IMG/VR virus record: IMGVR_UViG_3300048599_000893
Span: 1 to 37,997 of that record
Reading direction: 5' to 3' (one strand)
DNA length: 37,997 bases
Source of the DNA: a virus
Taxonomy: Duplodnaviria; Caudoviricetes
The notes below the pieces were generated by a model. The model was not told where the DNA came from, searched no databases, and saw only the letters and a program-made list of their open reading frames with translations. This document shows positions 16,697 to 25,700 of this stretch, piece by piece (the stretch's first letter is position 1; each line of letters opens with the position of its first letter). The position numbers were made by a program, and so were the translations under genes.

Positions 16697-16797
16697 TCTT
16701 CTACCTATTGCTCGCAGTCGCGTTCATTGTTGTTACATTCTTCGCGGCGTTCCTGTTTCTGGCCGTCGTGAATTTCTTTGCAAATGGTGGACGATGA
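16693..16797 (+). CDS. 34-aa single-pass membrane peptide (not in ORF track)
   Basis: GGAGGT at 16681; GTGA overlap with the ASCH stop; MIFYLLLAVAFIVVTFFAAFLFLAVVNFFANGGR; ATGA overlap with the next gene. Confidence 0.65.
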   Translation: MIFYLLLAVAFIVVTFFAAFLFLAVVNFFANGGR

Positions 16798-17036
16798 TAC
16801 CGGTATTCTGGAATTGCCCGAACGGTCATATTTTAGGCCAGGTCGTCGGTGATGGTGACGGTCTGGCCGTTTACACCCAATCTCAATACAACCCGCCAGA
16901 AGAATGCCCGGACAGCAACGTTGAAATCATTGGCAAAGGACGTGTCCGCTGCACCATATGCGGCGCTGTCCGGGTATGGAGTTATAAAAACGAAAAGGCC
17001 AGCATAAAGCTGGCCCATCGCAGAGCGAAAGTTTGA
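16794..17036 (+). CDS. 80-aa Zn-ribbon protein, last gene of the early operon
   Basis: ATG 16794 coupled to the upstream stop; CPNGH...CTIC motif. Confidence 0.65.
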   Translation: MIPVFWNCPNGHILGQVVGDGDGLAVYTQSQYNPPEECPDSNVEIIGKGRVRCTICGAVRVWSYKNEKASIKLAHRRAKV

Positions 17037-17070
17037 TAGTATCCGCCAATATTCCGCGGCGAAGATGGGA

Positions 17071-18015
17071 TTAAATTGCTATTTCTCCCGCGGCGTTTGC
17101 AATGCGGCCAGCTCCAAGTCCCCAGTTGCTTGCATCTGCTTTGCGGATTTGACCGATCGTAGTTGCCCCAGAATAACCTAAACCTCCTAATAGGCTTGAT
17201 CCACCGTCCAAATAACCGGCAGAAAAAACAAGTCCATTGCCATTATCCCGCGCAACCGGGAAATTAAATGTAACTGCATTATCAGCTGTCCCTCCGGTTG
17301 TACCGGTCATGCGCAGCAAAAATCGTAAACTTCTACCAATGATAAAAAATCTTGCCTCGGTTAGCGATGTTAAAGCAAACGTCATGCTGCCACTCGCCGC
17401 AGGCGCAGGATCAAAATTAAGCCACCCCGGAAAATCTGGGGTGGGACTGTACGTAAATTTTGAACCGGTAATTGCAGCATTAGCCAGGCTGTAACTGGTA
17501 TTGGGCACCAGGTTGACGGTGGTTTTTCCAGTTCCACTGTTGTAAGAGCTGGACAACACATAACCGTATTTTTGGCTGCCGTTATAGCCGCTCCAATAGA
17601 CGCCTAATTTTAGCTTTGTCGTCCAGTCGCCATCCAGCGTATAGCTGTTGGTGCTGGCATATGTGCAAGTTGGTAAATTGATCCAACCGCTGTCATACCC
17701 GGACAATCTGGCGGCCAAATCAGCATAAATACTTTGCGGGTTTGATCCCAGTAAGGTATCAAGCGCTGCCAACCTTGCCATTACCGTAGCATAACTTCCC
17801 TGCGGACTGGAACCCAAAGCTCCGTAGAGCGTTTCAATACCGCTTTCAATGTTGTTCATCGCGGCGGCATTCGCCGCAGTGCCTGCCTGCATGACATCGG
17901 TGGCCAGGGCGATCTGAACATTAGAACTGATCGGTGTACCGCCATTGTCAAGGATGTTATAGCGTTCGTCTCCGGCGAGCAGTTCATCGACCCAATTTGT
18001 TTTCGTGTAATCCAT
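17071..18015 (-). CDS. tail fibre / receptor-binding protein
   Basis: last late gene; AAGGAG RBS; N-terminal YTKTNWVD...MNNIESGI anchor; repeated LGSxPQ helical units; beta-rich C-terminus. Confidence 0.7.
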   Translation of the reverse strand: MDYTKTNWVDELLAGDERYNILDNGGTPISSNVQIALATDVMQAGTAANAAAMNNIESGIETLYGALGSSPQGSYATVMARLAALDTLLGSNPQSIYADLAARLSGYDSGWINLPTCTYASTNSYTLDGDWTTKLKLGVYWSGYNGSQKYGYVLSSSYNSGTGKTTVNLVPNTSYSLANAAITGSKFTYSPTPDFPGWLNFDPAPAASGSMTFALTSLTEARFFIIGRSLRFLLRMTGTTGGTADNAVTFNFPVARDNGNGLVFSAGYLDGGSSLLGGLGYSGATTIGQIRKADASNWGLGAGRIANAAGEIAI

Positions 18016-18026
18016 CTCATCTCTCC

Positions 18027-18926
18027 TTATGCGGGATAGTCAACGTCAATAATCAATCTGGCTTTGCCAACGTAGATTGTTCCGCCGGCATAACCGTTTT
18101 TCATCTGCAGTTTAACGGTCCTGTTTCCGCTGCTCAACGCGCTGCGCATCCATTCCGTGGCAAATTGGCGCCAGCTCTGATCTGGCGCTGTGGCATTGTT
18201 GATCTGGAAACTAATCTCAAAAGTGTCATCAGTACCGTCAATTGATAACCGAATTGTCGGAGTAGCGTATAAAGCCGATCCACGAAATACGCCGACTGCT
18301 CGCGCCCGAATACGTCCAGTTGCGGATAAAGCTACGACCACAGACAGAACATCGCTCCAACTGGTTGACGATGTAGAAACTTCGGAAGCCAAATCAGTAA
18401 TGGTTATGGCCGGTGTTATTGATCCAGCCCGCATTCCGCTGGCTTGTGCGCTATCGTAAATCAACGCCTGTCCGTTTGATCCGGCCGGAACCCTTGTAAT
18501 TTCTCCGGATGCCGTTGCTGCAATTACGTCGCCCTTTGTGGTATATGCCGACAATGGAACTTTCACTGCTGCGTTTGCAGCCGCTAAATCTGCCGCAGTT
18601 TGAGCCGCATTTGCCGCACTCAAAGCGCTGTTCGCGGTTGTCTGAGCCGTTGAGGCAGCCGATACGCCATTGTTAGCTGTCGATTGAGCCGTTGCTGCCG
18701 CAGTTGTGGCTTCATTCGCCGTTATCTGGGCATTATAGATGCCTGTTTCCATATGGTTCAAATTGAGTGCATTTACAGGCGTTCCAGATGTAACTGCTGT
18801 CAAAAGCTCGATCACAGCGCCTTCAGCAATCACCGTGTCGGTGTAATCTGTAATTCGATACCTGAGCGGAATTGATTCTGGCGTTTCGTTCACCCAGGCT
18901 GTTTGCACGTAAGTTCGTGTCGTCAT
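18027..18926 (-). CDS. tail fibre protein with Ala/Thr-rich coiled coil
   Basis: GGAGGT RBS before ATG 18926; AQ(S/T)TAN repeats; TTKGDVI...GSNGQAL fibre motif. Confidence 0.75.
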   Translation of the reverse strand: MTTRTYVQTAWVNETPESIPLRYRITDYTDTVIAEGAVIELLTAVTSGTPVNALNLNHMETGIYNAQITANEATTAAATAQSTANNGVSAASTAQTTANSALSAANAAQTAADLAAANAAVKVPLSAYTTKGDVIAATASGEITRVPAGSNGQALIYDSAQASGMRAGSITPAITITDLASEVSTSSTSWSDVLSVVVALSATGRIRARAVGVFRGSALYATPTIRLSIDGTDDTFEISFQINNATAPDQSWRQFATEWMRSALSSGNRTVKLQMKNGYAGGTIYVGKARLIIDVDYPA

Positions 18927-19576
18927 GCATACCTCCGAAAACCATTTTGACGTAATAATCTTGTTCCACAAATCGCATACCCGCAGCGTGGCGTTTGACT
19001 GCGCTGATCGACCGGACTTCTCCATCGATTGCGCCAGGTTAGGGACGCCCCGCAACTGCTGCCCATACGAACATAGCGAGTAGGATCATAGGCCGGTTTT
19101 ATATAACCGCGCCAGGGACGCCAGCGGTTCGCAAAGGTTCTATCCGCGCCGGAAGAAAACGTTCCACAGTACAAATAATATTCAGCCGCTGACCGCAAAT
19201 AAGCACGAATGTAATCTAAATCTTGTTCCCAGGCGTTCACTGCAGAGTAATCCGGCGCAACTGCCGCGTTTCCAGCTTTGTAATCATGCTTCAGCGCAAC
19301 CACACCTGATGCTGATGGGAAGTTTGTAGCAGTTCGCAACTGTTCAATATTTTCGATAAGTTGATTGATGTCATCGACCGCCGGGAAAGTAGTAATAGAC
19401 GGTTGCACCAATGTATTAGGCGTTATCGTCAGTCCGTGCATTATTTGCACTAACTGACGCAGCAAATTTGTGTTATTCGTAATCCTCAACCAATCGGCTA
19501 CATTCAAAAAAGCTTTACTGGTTCTGTTAATAATATCTGCGGACGTCCGATCATAAATAGGGCGTGTCCAGCTCAT
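18923..19576 (-). CDS. minor tail/baseplate protein
   Basis: W..PIYDRT..D...KAFLNVADW.RI N-terminus typical of siphophage minor tail proteins; position. Confidence 0.65.
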   Translation of the reverse strand: MSWTRPIYDRTSADIINRTSKAFLNVADWLRITNNTNLLRQLVQIMHGLTITPNTLVQPSITTFPAVDDINQLIENIEQLRTATNFPSASGVVALKHDYKAGNAAVAPDYSAVNAWEQDLDYIRAYLRSAAEYYLYCGTFSSGADRTFANRWRPWRGYIKPAYDPTRYVRMGSSCGASLTWRNRWRSPVDQRSQTPRCGYAICGTRLLRQNGFRRYA

Positions 19577-21267
19577 AATTGCACAACTCCTCTGGCCTCA
19601 GCGTTGACGACAAAGCCATTCGCTAAATCGCTGGTCATCTTTTCAATTACTCCGCGCATCTGGTTTCCATACACACTGTCGATAACGGCTACATCCCCAA
19701 CTTCGGCGGATGGGGCGAAAAGCTTCACCTTTTGCAGATACCTTTGCTGGTAATAATCATATACACGCTGTGTTACCTCGGCAGAATTGGATGAATTTAC
19801 CAGAGTGGCTTTGTCAATTTTTATGATGTTTGGCTTTACGGTTTCGTCTAATGTCTCATTGATAATAGTAATGGCCCGCTGAGTATCGATATATGTTTGA
19901 CCTGTCAAAACGACAGTTCCAGTGGAAGCCACGGTGAGAATAGCATAATTGACGCCGCTTTCTGTGATGGTTGCTCCGCTTACACTCAGGTCATGGATTG
20001 GTTCGTCAAACGTGATTTCATGCTGGCCAGCAGCTAATGTGCCGTTGTAAAGCTCCTTGCTTTCGTCGCCAGGAATGTAATCATGAGTTGTGATCGTAAC
20101 GCCTGTAACCAAAGTCATCAAAGATAACGGCGCTTCGATGCCTTTGTCTGCCTTTGTGATGGTTACACCGGCAGCAGCGGTTTCCGCTATTTTCGTCTTG
20201 TAAATCTTTACAGCGCTTGATCTGGCGCAGGTAATATAAGCACCAACCGCAAACGCGATCTGTTGCAGGGCCTCGCGGTAGGTGCTTGCCGGAAGCCAGC
20301 CCTTTACAACGGTCCCGTATAGATCGACGTCCAATTCATAAGGCGCATAGATAGGTTCAAGCAAGTTTGCTATCAAAGTCTGAACCTGAATTCCATCTAA
20401 CCAGATACCGCCGCGGTAAGGAATACTGTCCAAAATACCCAGCAAATCAACGCATTCGAATTCAATCTGGTTATCGGATGGATTTGTCCAGGTATCAAGA
20501 TAATACTGGCCGATAAAAACACTCTGATTATCCACTAACTCATGCATAGATAGTGGCTGCCGCTCTTTCAATGCAGCGAAGTATCCGGCCGGGTTCAAAA
20601 TATTGAAATCAGCGTCCGTCGAGAATAGGCCCAGCTTCAAGGTTCCGAAAGGAACTTCTGTCGAAAGCATGTTGACTTCTTCGATAACTTCGGCTGTCTG
20701 AACTTCTGACCCCTGAAAGTAGATCAGCTCTCCATAATCAATGCCGCTCAAGCGTAAATATCGATATGGCCTGTTTGTGGCGCGGAAAGTGATAACGATT
20801 TTCTTGAATTCATCAACTGCTTGACCGGTAGAGAATTCCCAATCGGTAGGAGAGTATGTATCCTCCCGGATCAAAACGTCCGATGAGTCATAATATTGAA
20901 TAGTCAACAAACTGATGAAATCACCGGTATATTGAGAAAACCTCAATGCCAGGCCGTCCGTTGTGTGAACCTGTTGGAAATCAACGGTCAAAACGGGTGG
21001 AACTGAAAATGCTCCGTTGTTGTCGCTCATCGCAAGGCTCATCATGCCAACGTGAACCGTAGCCGTATTTTCTGGCAAGAATTTATAACCGCCATCCAAT
21101 AGCCAAAAATTAGGCTCATAGGTAGCGTATGGCCGGCTGGTAGCGTTATCTGTTCGCAAGTCGTTGACTTTCGAAAACGGTTGTAAACCACTGTCCGTGC
21201 TGGGAATGCTGTCCTGTTTGATCAGCAATCCGTAAAGCCCAAAAGACACGCGCGGAACAGTTGTCAT
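19573..21267 (-). CDS. baseplate hub / Tal-like tail protein
   Basis: 564 aa, two genes after the tape measure; YREALQQIAFA hub-like motif. Confidence 0.65.
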   Translation of the reverse strand: MTTVPRVSFGLYGLLIKQDSIPSTDSGLQPFSKVNDLRTDNATSRPYATYEPNFWLLDGGYKFLPENTATVHVGMMSLAMSDNNGAFSVPPVLTVDFQQVHTTDGLALRFSQYTGDFISLLTIQYYDSSDVLIREDTYSPTDWEFSTGQAVDEFKKIVITFRATNRPYRYLRLSGIDYGELIYFQGSEVQTAEVIEEVNMLSTEVPFGTLKLGLFSTDADFNILNPAGYFAALKERQPLSMHELVDNQSVFIGQYYLDTWTNPSDNQIEFECVDLLGILDSIPYRGGIWLDGIQVQTLIANLLEPIYAPYELDVDLYGTVVKGWLPASTYREALQQIAFAVGAYITCARSSAVKIYKTKIAETAAAGVTITKADKGIEAPLSLMTLVTGVTITTHDYIPGDESKELYNGTLAAGQHEITFDEPIHDLSVSGATITESGVNYAILTVASTGTVVLTGQTYIDTQRAITIINETLDETVKPNIIKIDKATLVNSSNSAEVTQRVYDYYQQRYLQKVKLFAPSAEVGDVAVIDSVYGNQMRGVIEKMTSDLANGFVVNAEARGVVQL

Positions 21268-21638
21268 TATGACCTCGCCGGAGATTGAGCGATAAAATTA
21301 GCGGTCAATTCAGACCAGTATATTTTGTCGCCGTCTTTGATTCTGCGCAATTTGTCGCTTACACTGGATATGTAGGCGGTATAGGTGTAATCCCCATCTG
21401 TTCCAGGAACAGTGACGGTATGAAACTCTGTCGGCTCTGTCAGTTTATCCCAAAGACGTTGATATTCATCCCGATCTAAAATTGCCCCAAAAATAGCGGA
21501 ATAATTGTAATAAACCCCAATTATTTCCCGATGCAATACGCCGTCAGCAGTGCGTTCGGCATACTTATCTAAGACATCGGCTTTGCGAGTGACCTGAACA
21601 AATGGAACATCAAAACTTTCATCATCGATAATGATCAT
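21267..21638 (-). CDS. distal tail (Dit-like) protein
   Basis: directly after the tape measure; AERTADGVLHREIIG motif. Confidence 0.65.
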   Translation of the reverse strand: MIIIDDESFDVPFVQVTRKADVLDKYAERTADGVLHREIIGVYYNYSAIFGAILDRDEYQRLWDKLTEPTEFHTVTVPGTDGDYTYTAYISSVSDKLRRIKDGDKIYWSELTANFIAQSPARS

Positions 21639-23923
21639 GCGGTCGCGCCTCCCGTAATCAAACTGGTTCCACGCCGGCGAGCTACCTTCTTCTGGCTTTG
21701 AGCAATCTTTTCTCCATCCAAATAAACAGGCATGGTGATATTCGTATCTCCGCCCAGGTCTCCGACTTCATCTCGGATGATCTGGCGGATAAGGTTTTCA
21801 GGCGCTTCTAAATTTCTACCAGACCGCTGATCCCCGAGGATAGCCGCAAACTCAGCGTTAGGAGGGATAACAGCCCCGGTAGCCAGGCGCGGTATCTGTG
21901 GGGTTGGCACAATGGGAATGTTCATTCCCCATGATTTACCACCATAAACTGGAACCCATGAAGGTATAGTCACTTTCAGGCTGTTTAGCCCGCCGATAAC
22001 AACGTTTATACCCTTCGCCACAGAAGAGATCATCCCGTTGATGAAATCAATAATCGTATTGATCGAATTCTTTACGAAAGTCTTTATTCCTGTAAAAGTG
22101 GTTTCCCATTTTTCTTTTACATTATCAAGAGCTTCACGGAATGATTTTTTAATGGGTTCTGTAACCGTTTTTGAAAACCATGCCCCAGCCTCCGACCATT
22201 TCTGTTTGATCCAATCCCAAACCTGCCCGGCTACCTGTTTTACAGTGTCCCAGTTTTTTACAAGCAGGATGATGATCGCAATCAACGCTGCGATTGCCAG
22301 AATAATAAGAACTACCGGATTTGCAGCAAGAAAAGCTAATGCCGCGCTGAAGGCTCCAACGACTGTCGTAACTGTACTGATTACACCTGTTACAACCACA
22401 ATCGCGCCTGACAAAAGAAGCGCTGCCGCGTAAAATGCCCCTAAAAACAGAACAATATTTTGAAAAGCGGTTTGATGTTTGTTGATCCAATCTCCAACTG
22501 CTTTGATTGCATCGGCCAATCCATTGATAATATCGACGATCACGCCACCCGTCCACTCAGCGAGAGGTTGTAGGAAGTTCTCCCAAAGCCATAAACCCAA
22601 CGGTTTTAGCGCAATAAGTGCCGTGTCAAGTGTATCGGCCGCTGACGATAATAAATCCAAAAAAGCGGGTAGAACATTCGTGATCGTCCATTTTCCCAGG
22701 GGGATAAGAATATTATCCCAGGCCCATTTGAGACCTTCCCAGATCGTACCTCCCAGGCCGGAAAGCGATTGTTTGAACCGGTCGAAAGCTTCGGAAGCCG
22801 GCGTAAAAAGATCAATAAGCGACTGCTTGAAAGTATCGACTTTGGCTTTGAGTGAATCCAGCGCGCCTTCTGTTTCGGTTGTGTCACCGATAACACCGCC
22901 AACCGCACCGCCTCCGGCAGCTCCTGCAGAACCGCTGGCAGCGTCTCCGCTTTCCATTTGCAGCACGTTGATTTCATCGAACGCAGCCAGGGCCCCCTTC
23001 GCGGCCTTGCCTGTGTTTGAAGTCGCTTTAGATAAGTCGGCTTGAGCATCCGCTGCATCAGACGTCGCGCTGGCCAGGGCTTCCATTTCAGCCACACCGC
23101 CGCCAATTTGAATACCAAACAGCAGGCTCATGAACTGTGATACACGATTGAAAAAAATCGTCAGCGCATCGACCGCCGCTTTGATATACGGCATGACCTT
23201 AGAAATGATCGGGATGATTGAATTTCCGATAGCGACGCGCAGGTTATAAAATGACGTTCCCAAAGCAGCTACTTGACCAGAATATTGACCGGATAATTTA
23301 GCCGCATCGCCAGTCTGAAAACTAGTTTCCTGTAAAATACCGGCAACCTCAGCTTGAATTTTCTGCTGTTTGGTCAGTTTGTCAGACGTTGTTCCGATGC
23401 TGGCTGCGTAATCTCTCCACATCATGGATACGTTTTTTGTTACGCCGGCATTATCAACCAGGATACTGTTCTCGTTCTTCAAACCTTCTGTGGCTGACTG
23501 GACCGCATAGCCCAGGGTTAGGGAAGACTGCCGGCCGAAAGCGGCGCTGTCTTTGAGTGCTGTCAACACTTTTTCTATTTGGCTTGTGTCATATCCGCGC
23601 AGCGCCAGGTTCTTGTAAGCCGCGATTGCGTTGGTGGCTGGAATTAGGCCGTCTGAAATATAGCTATTGATAAATTTCTGAGCATCAGAAAAACTTTTAC
23701 CGGTTCCTTGAACGACGCTTTGCAGGCCGGTCATGGCAGCCGCCATTTCACTGGCCGCTGAAACAGCAGACTTTCCGAACGCAACCACAGCGCCTACGCC
23801 AAAGGCAATCCCGATAGCGGCGGCCAGGCCTTTAACGCCATTGACCATCGCGCGGATGCCGGTGTTGAAGCCTCTGCTATCTATTCTTGTGTCGATCCTG
23901 ATTGATCCGTCGTATGCGGCCAT
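21635..23923 (-). CDS. tape measure protein
   Basis: GAAAGGA RBS before ATG 23923 (MAAYDGSIRIDT); Ala/Gly-rich helical; periodic Trp; C-terminal IPRLATGAVI. Confidence 0.9.
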   Translation of the reverse strand: MAAYDGSIRIDTRIDSRGFNTGIRAMVNGVKGLAAAIGIAFGVGAVVAFGKSAVSAASEMAAAMTGLQSVVQGTGKSFSDAQKFINSYISDGLIPATNAIAAYKNLALRGYDTSQIEKVLTALKDSAAFGRQSSLTLGYAVQSATEGLKNENSILVDNAGVTKNVSMMWRDYAASIGTTSDKLTKQQKIQAEVAGILQETSFQTGDAAKLSGQYSGQVAALGTSFYNLRVAIGNSIIPIISKVMPYIKAAVDALTIFFNRVSQFMSLLFGIQIGGGVAEMEALASATSDAADAQADLSKATSNTGKAAKGALAAFDEINVLQMESGDAASGSAGAAGGGAVGGVIGDTTETEGALDSLKAKVDTFKQSLIDLFTPASEAFDRFKQSLSGLGGTIWEGLKWAWDNILIPLGKWTITNVLPAFLDLLSSAADTLDTALIALKPLGLWLWENFLQPLAEWTGGVIVDIINGLADAIKAVGDWINKHQTAFQNIVLFLGAFYAAALLLSGAIVVVTGVISTVTTVVGAFSAALAFLAANPVVLIILAIAALIAIIILLVKNWDTVKQVAGQVWDWIKQKWSEAGAWFSKTVTEPIKKSFREALDNVKEKWETTFTGIKTFVKNSINTIIDFINGMISSVAKGINVVIGGLNSLKVTIPSWVPVYGGKSWGMNIPIVPTPQIPRLATGAVIPPNAEFAAILGDQRSGRNLEAPENLIRQIIRDEVGDLGGDTNITMPVYLDGEKIAQSQKKVARRRGTSLITGGATA

Positions 23924-23940
23924 AACGTTCCTTTCAAACA

Positions 23941-23971
23941 AAAAAGCGGCGCAATTACGAGCGCCGTTTTT
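23941..23971 (-). terminator. intrinsic terminator-like hairpin before the tape measure gene
   Basis: - strand ACGGCGC-TCGTAATT-GCGCCGC followed by TTTTTTGTTT. Confidence 0.55.
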
Positions 23972-24545
23972 TTCCTTCTTCTAATTTGCGTAAAAACTCA
24001 TCAGCTTTATCGCGCTCTTCGATGCTGCGGTCGTCAACTTCTGGGATATAGAGCATGTCGCCAATCTCGTTGGCGATTATCCGATCATCGGCGGTCGCCT
24101 TGCCGGTCTTGATCCGTTTGCGCAATCCAACCAGGTTGCAGAATGTGGTATCTCCCAGATCAAGGAACAGCGCCATGAACTTCCACCAGTGCATGTATTC
24201 GACCGTGGATAGATCAATGCCGTGGGTTTGCTGGAATGCGGCGAAGATCAGATTGGCGTCTTTGCTGAATGAAAATACCCTGGGAGAAAATGCAAGCTCT
24301 TCAGCTTCCTCTTTTTCTTTACCGCCGTCCAGGAATTTCAAACCAACCGATAGCGCCTTCTCTGGATCATCCGGCTGAATTAGATAAAGGTTACTTAGCA
24401 AAATGATTTGCTTCTCAACCTGTGCCAACTCCGGATCCTCAAAGGCCATGATTACACGCAGGCAATCCCGAAAGTCGGAATTGACTTCGTATTCTTGGCC
24501 GTCGATCTCTACCGACGTTGGCAGCTGGTCAATGAGGATGTTCAC
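23955..24545 (-). CDS. Gp15-like tail assembly chaperone
   Basis: LPTSVEIDG..Y.VNSDFR...DANLIFAAFQQTHGIDL...MHWWKFMALF matches the A118 Gp15 family. Confidence 0.85.
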   Translation of the reverse strand: MNILIDQLPTSVEIDGQEYEVNSDFRDCLRVIMAFEDPELAQVEKQIILLSNLYLIQPDDPEKALSVGLKFLDGGKEKEEAEELAFSPRVFSFSKDANLIFAAFQQTHGIDLSTVEYMHWWKFMALFLDLGDTTFCNLVGLRKRIKTGKATADDRIIANEIGDMLYIPEVDDRSIEERDKADEFLRKLEEGKKRRS

Positions 24546-24976
24546 CGCATCGCCCGTTTGGATTGCTTTGCGTACTTAGCGATCTTCTCACGGCGCGCGC
24601 CTTCGAAGAATTGAGTAATCCCCTCGAAGAACTCACCGATCATCTCGAAGTTATGAGCGCCTTCGAAGACCTTCAAGCTGGTCCCGGCTCCAAACAATCC
24701 ATCAATCTTGGCGTGCATGTACTCGCAGGTTTCGCGCTGGAATGCCAGCATTTCTTCCACAGCGACCGGAACGCCATTTTCATCCACGTTGGTCATTTGA
24801 TCATCAAAAGCTTTTGACTTCTGGATGATGTCACCCTCTTTGCTCAAAAGCTCTTTGTAAAGCGCATAGAACCGTTCTGCAAACCCCACATCCGAAGGGT
24901 TGAATTCGATCACGCGCGATTGATCGTCGTTGATTGCAATCCGTTTTACACCAGAACTGATCTTCAAACCGTCCAT
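24542..24976 (-). CDS. tail assembly chaperone
   Basis: between the major tail and Gp15 genes; IEFNPSD..F..RF...IDGLFGAGT. Confidence 0.75.
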   Translation of the reverse strand: MDGLKISSGVKRIAINDDQSRVIEFNPSDVGFAERFYALYKELLSKEGDIIQKSKAFDDQMTNVDENGVPVAVEEMLAFQRETCEYMHAKIDGLFGAGTSLKVFEGAHNFEMIGEFFEGITQFFEGARREKIAKYAKQSKRAMR

Positions 24977-24990
24977 AACACCTCATTTTA

Positions 24991-25022
24991 GAAAAGAAGC
25001 CCAGCCCGAATGAGCTGGGCTT
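24991..25022 (-). terminator. intrinsic terminator
   Basis: - strand AAGCCCAGCTC-ATTC-GGGCTGGGCTT followed by CTTTT. Confidence 0.65.
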
Positions 25023-25039
25023 GATATCACAATCACCCG

Positions 25040-25204
25040 TCAACTCAAGAACTGTTTTGTAATAGCTTGAGTTTTTTCAAGTTCAGTAATGACAATGGCG
25101 CACCGTCGTGCTTCCTCGCTGCGATCGGATGGCTTATTCATTTGTAGAACGCTGATTGCATCAGCGAGATATTGAATTGCAATTTGAACTGCTTCTTTGT
25201 CCAT
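25040..25204 (-). CDS. 54-aa helical protein (not in ORF track)
   Basis: ATG 10 nt after the major tail stop; MDKEAVQIAIQYLADAISVLQMNKPSDRSEEARRCAIVITELEKTQAITKQFLS; ends just before the terminator. Confidence 0.6.
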   Translation of the reverse strand: MDKEAVQIAIQYLADAISVLQMNKPSDRSEEARRCAIVITELEKTQAITKQFLS

Positions 25205-25214
25205 AATTTACTCG

Positions 25215-25688
25215 CTACGAAGCGGTGAACGTTTCCGTGGTCGGATTGAAAGTTCCATCAATAGCATCGCCGCGGAAATTCAGGGTGGCGTTGATTTTGA
25301 TCTTCCCGCCGCCGTCGCCGCCAAAGCTGTCAATCTGAATGCTGACGCTTTGCTTTTCAGCCGGATAAGCCCCGGATACGGCGTCTTCGTATTGATAGAC
25401 CAGCACGGCGTCCCGAACAGCGTCATCCAAAACAGCGCGCGATTTGCGCAAGGTATCCAGGAAGGCTAACGCCGCATCGCCTTTATCGTACGAGCTTTCA
25501 ATAGGCAGAGTTGGTTTATAACTCTCAATTTCGGTTGTCCCGCTATCTTGATGAATATAGGTTTCATCCGATGTTTGCGGGTTGTAATTGATGCTGGCCG
25601 TCGTGATACCTTCGCCCAATAACGCCCAATCGGGTGTACTGGTTGCGCTCACGTCAATAAACACAGCGAATTTCGAGCGTTTTTCCAT
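25215..25688 (-). CDS. major tail (tube) protein
   Basis: WALLGEGIT...YNPQT....YIH...SFGG...INATLNFRGD...GTF; position. Confidence 0.85.
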   Translation of the reverse strand: MEKRSKFAVFIDVSATSTPDWALLGEGITTASINYNPQTSDETYIHQDSGTTEIESYKPTLPIESSYDKGDAALAFLDTLRKSRAVLDDAVRDAVLVYQYEDAVSGAYPAEKQSVSIQIDSFGGDGGGKIKINATLNFRGDAIDGTFNPTTETFTAS

Positions 25689-25700
25689 AACAAGACCTTT

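Noticed and set aside
16503-16793. N-terminal 97 aa of the ORF-track 177-aa protein
   Set aside because: Overlaps ASCH and the membrane peptide in other frames; the coupled ATG at 16794 is the better start
17037-17070. Bidirectional terminator at the convergence of early and late blocks
   Set aside because: Only a weak 4-bp stem without U-tracts; not supportable
17071-18015. Diversity-generating retroelement or invertible tail-fibre cassette
   Set aside because: No reverse transcriptase, no template/variable repeat pair, and no flanking inverted repeats or invertase seen
18016-18025. GAGAGATGAG on the - strand as a third copy of the late leader motif
   Set aside because: Only a 10-nt match that coincides with the AAGGAG RBS; no promoter, hairpins or terminator around it
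24530-24600. Programmed frameshift between the tail chaperone genes
   Set aside because: No clear slippery heptamer seen; the second gene has its own GTG overlapping the first stop
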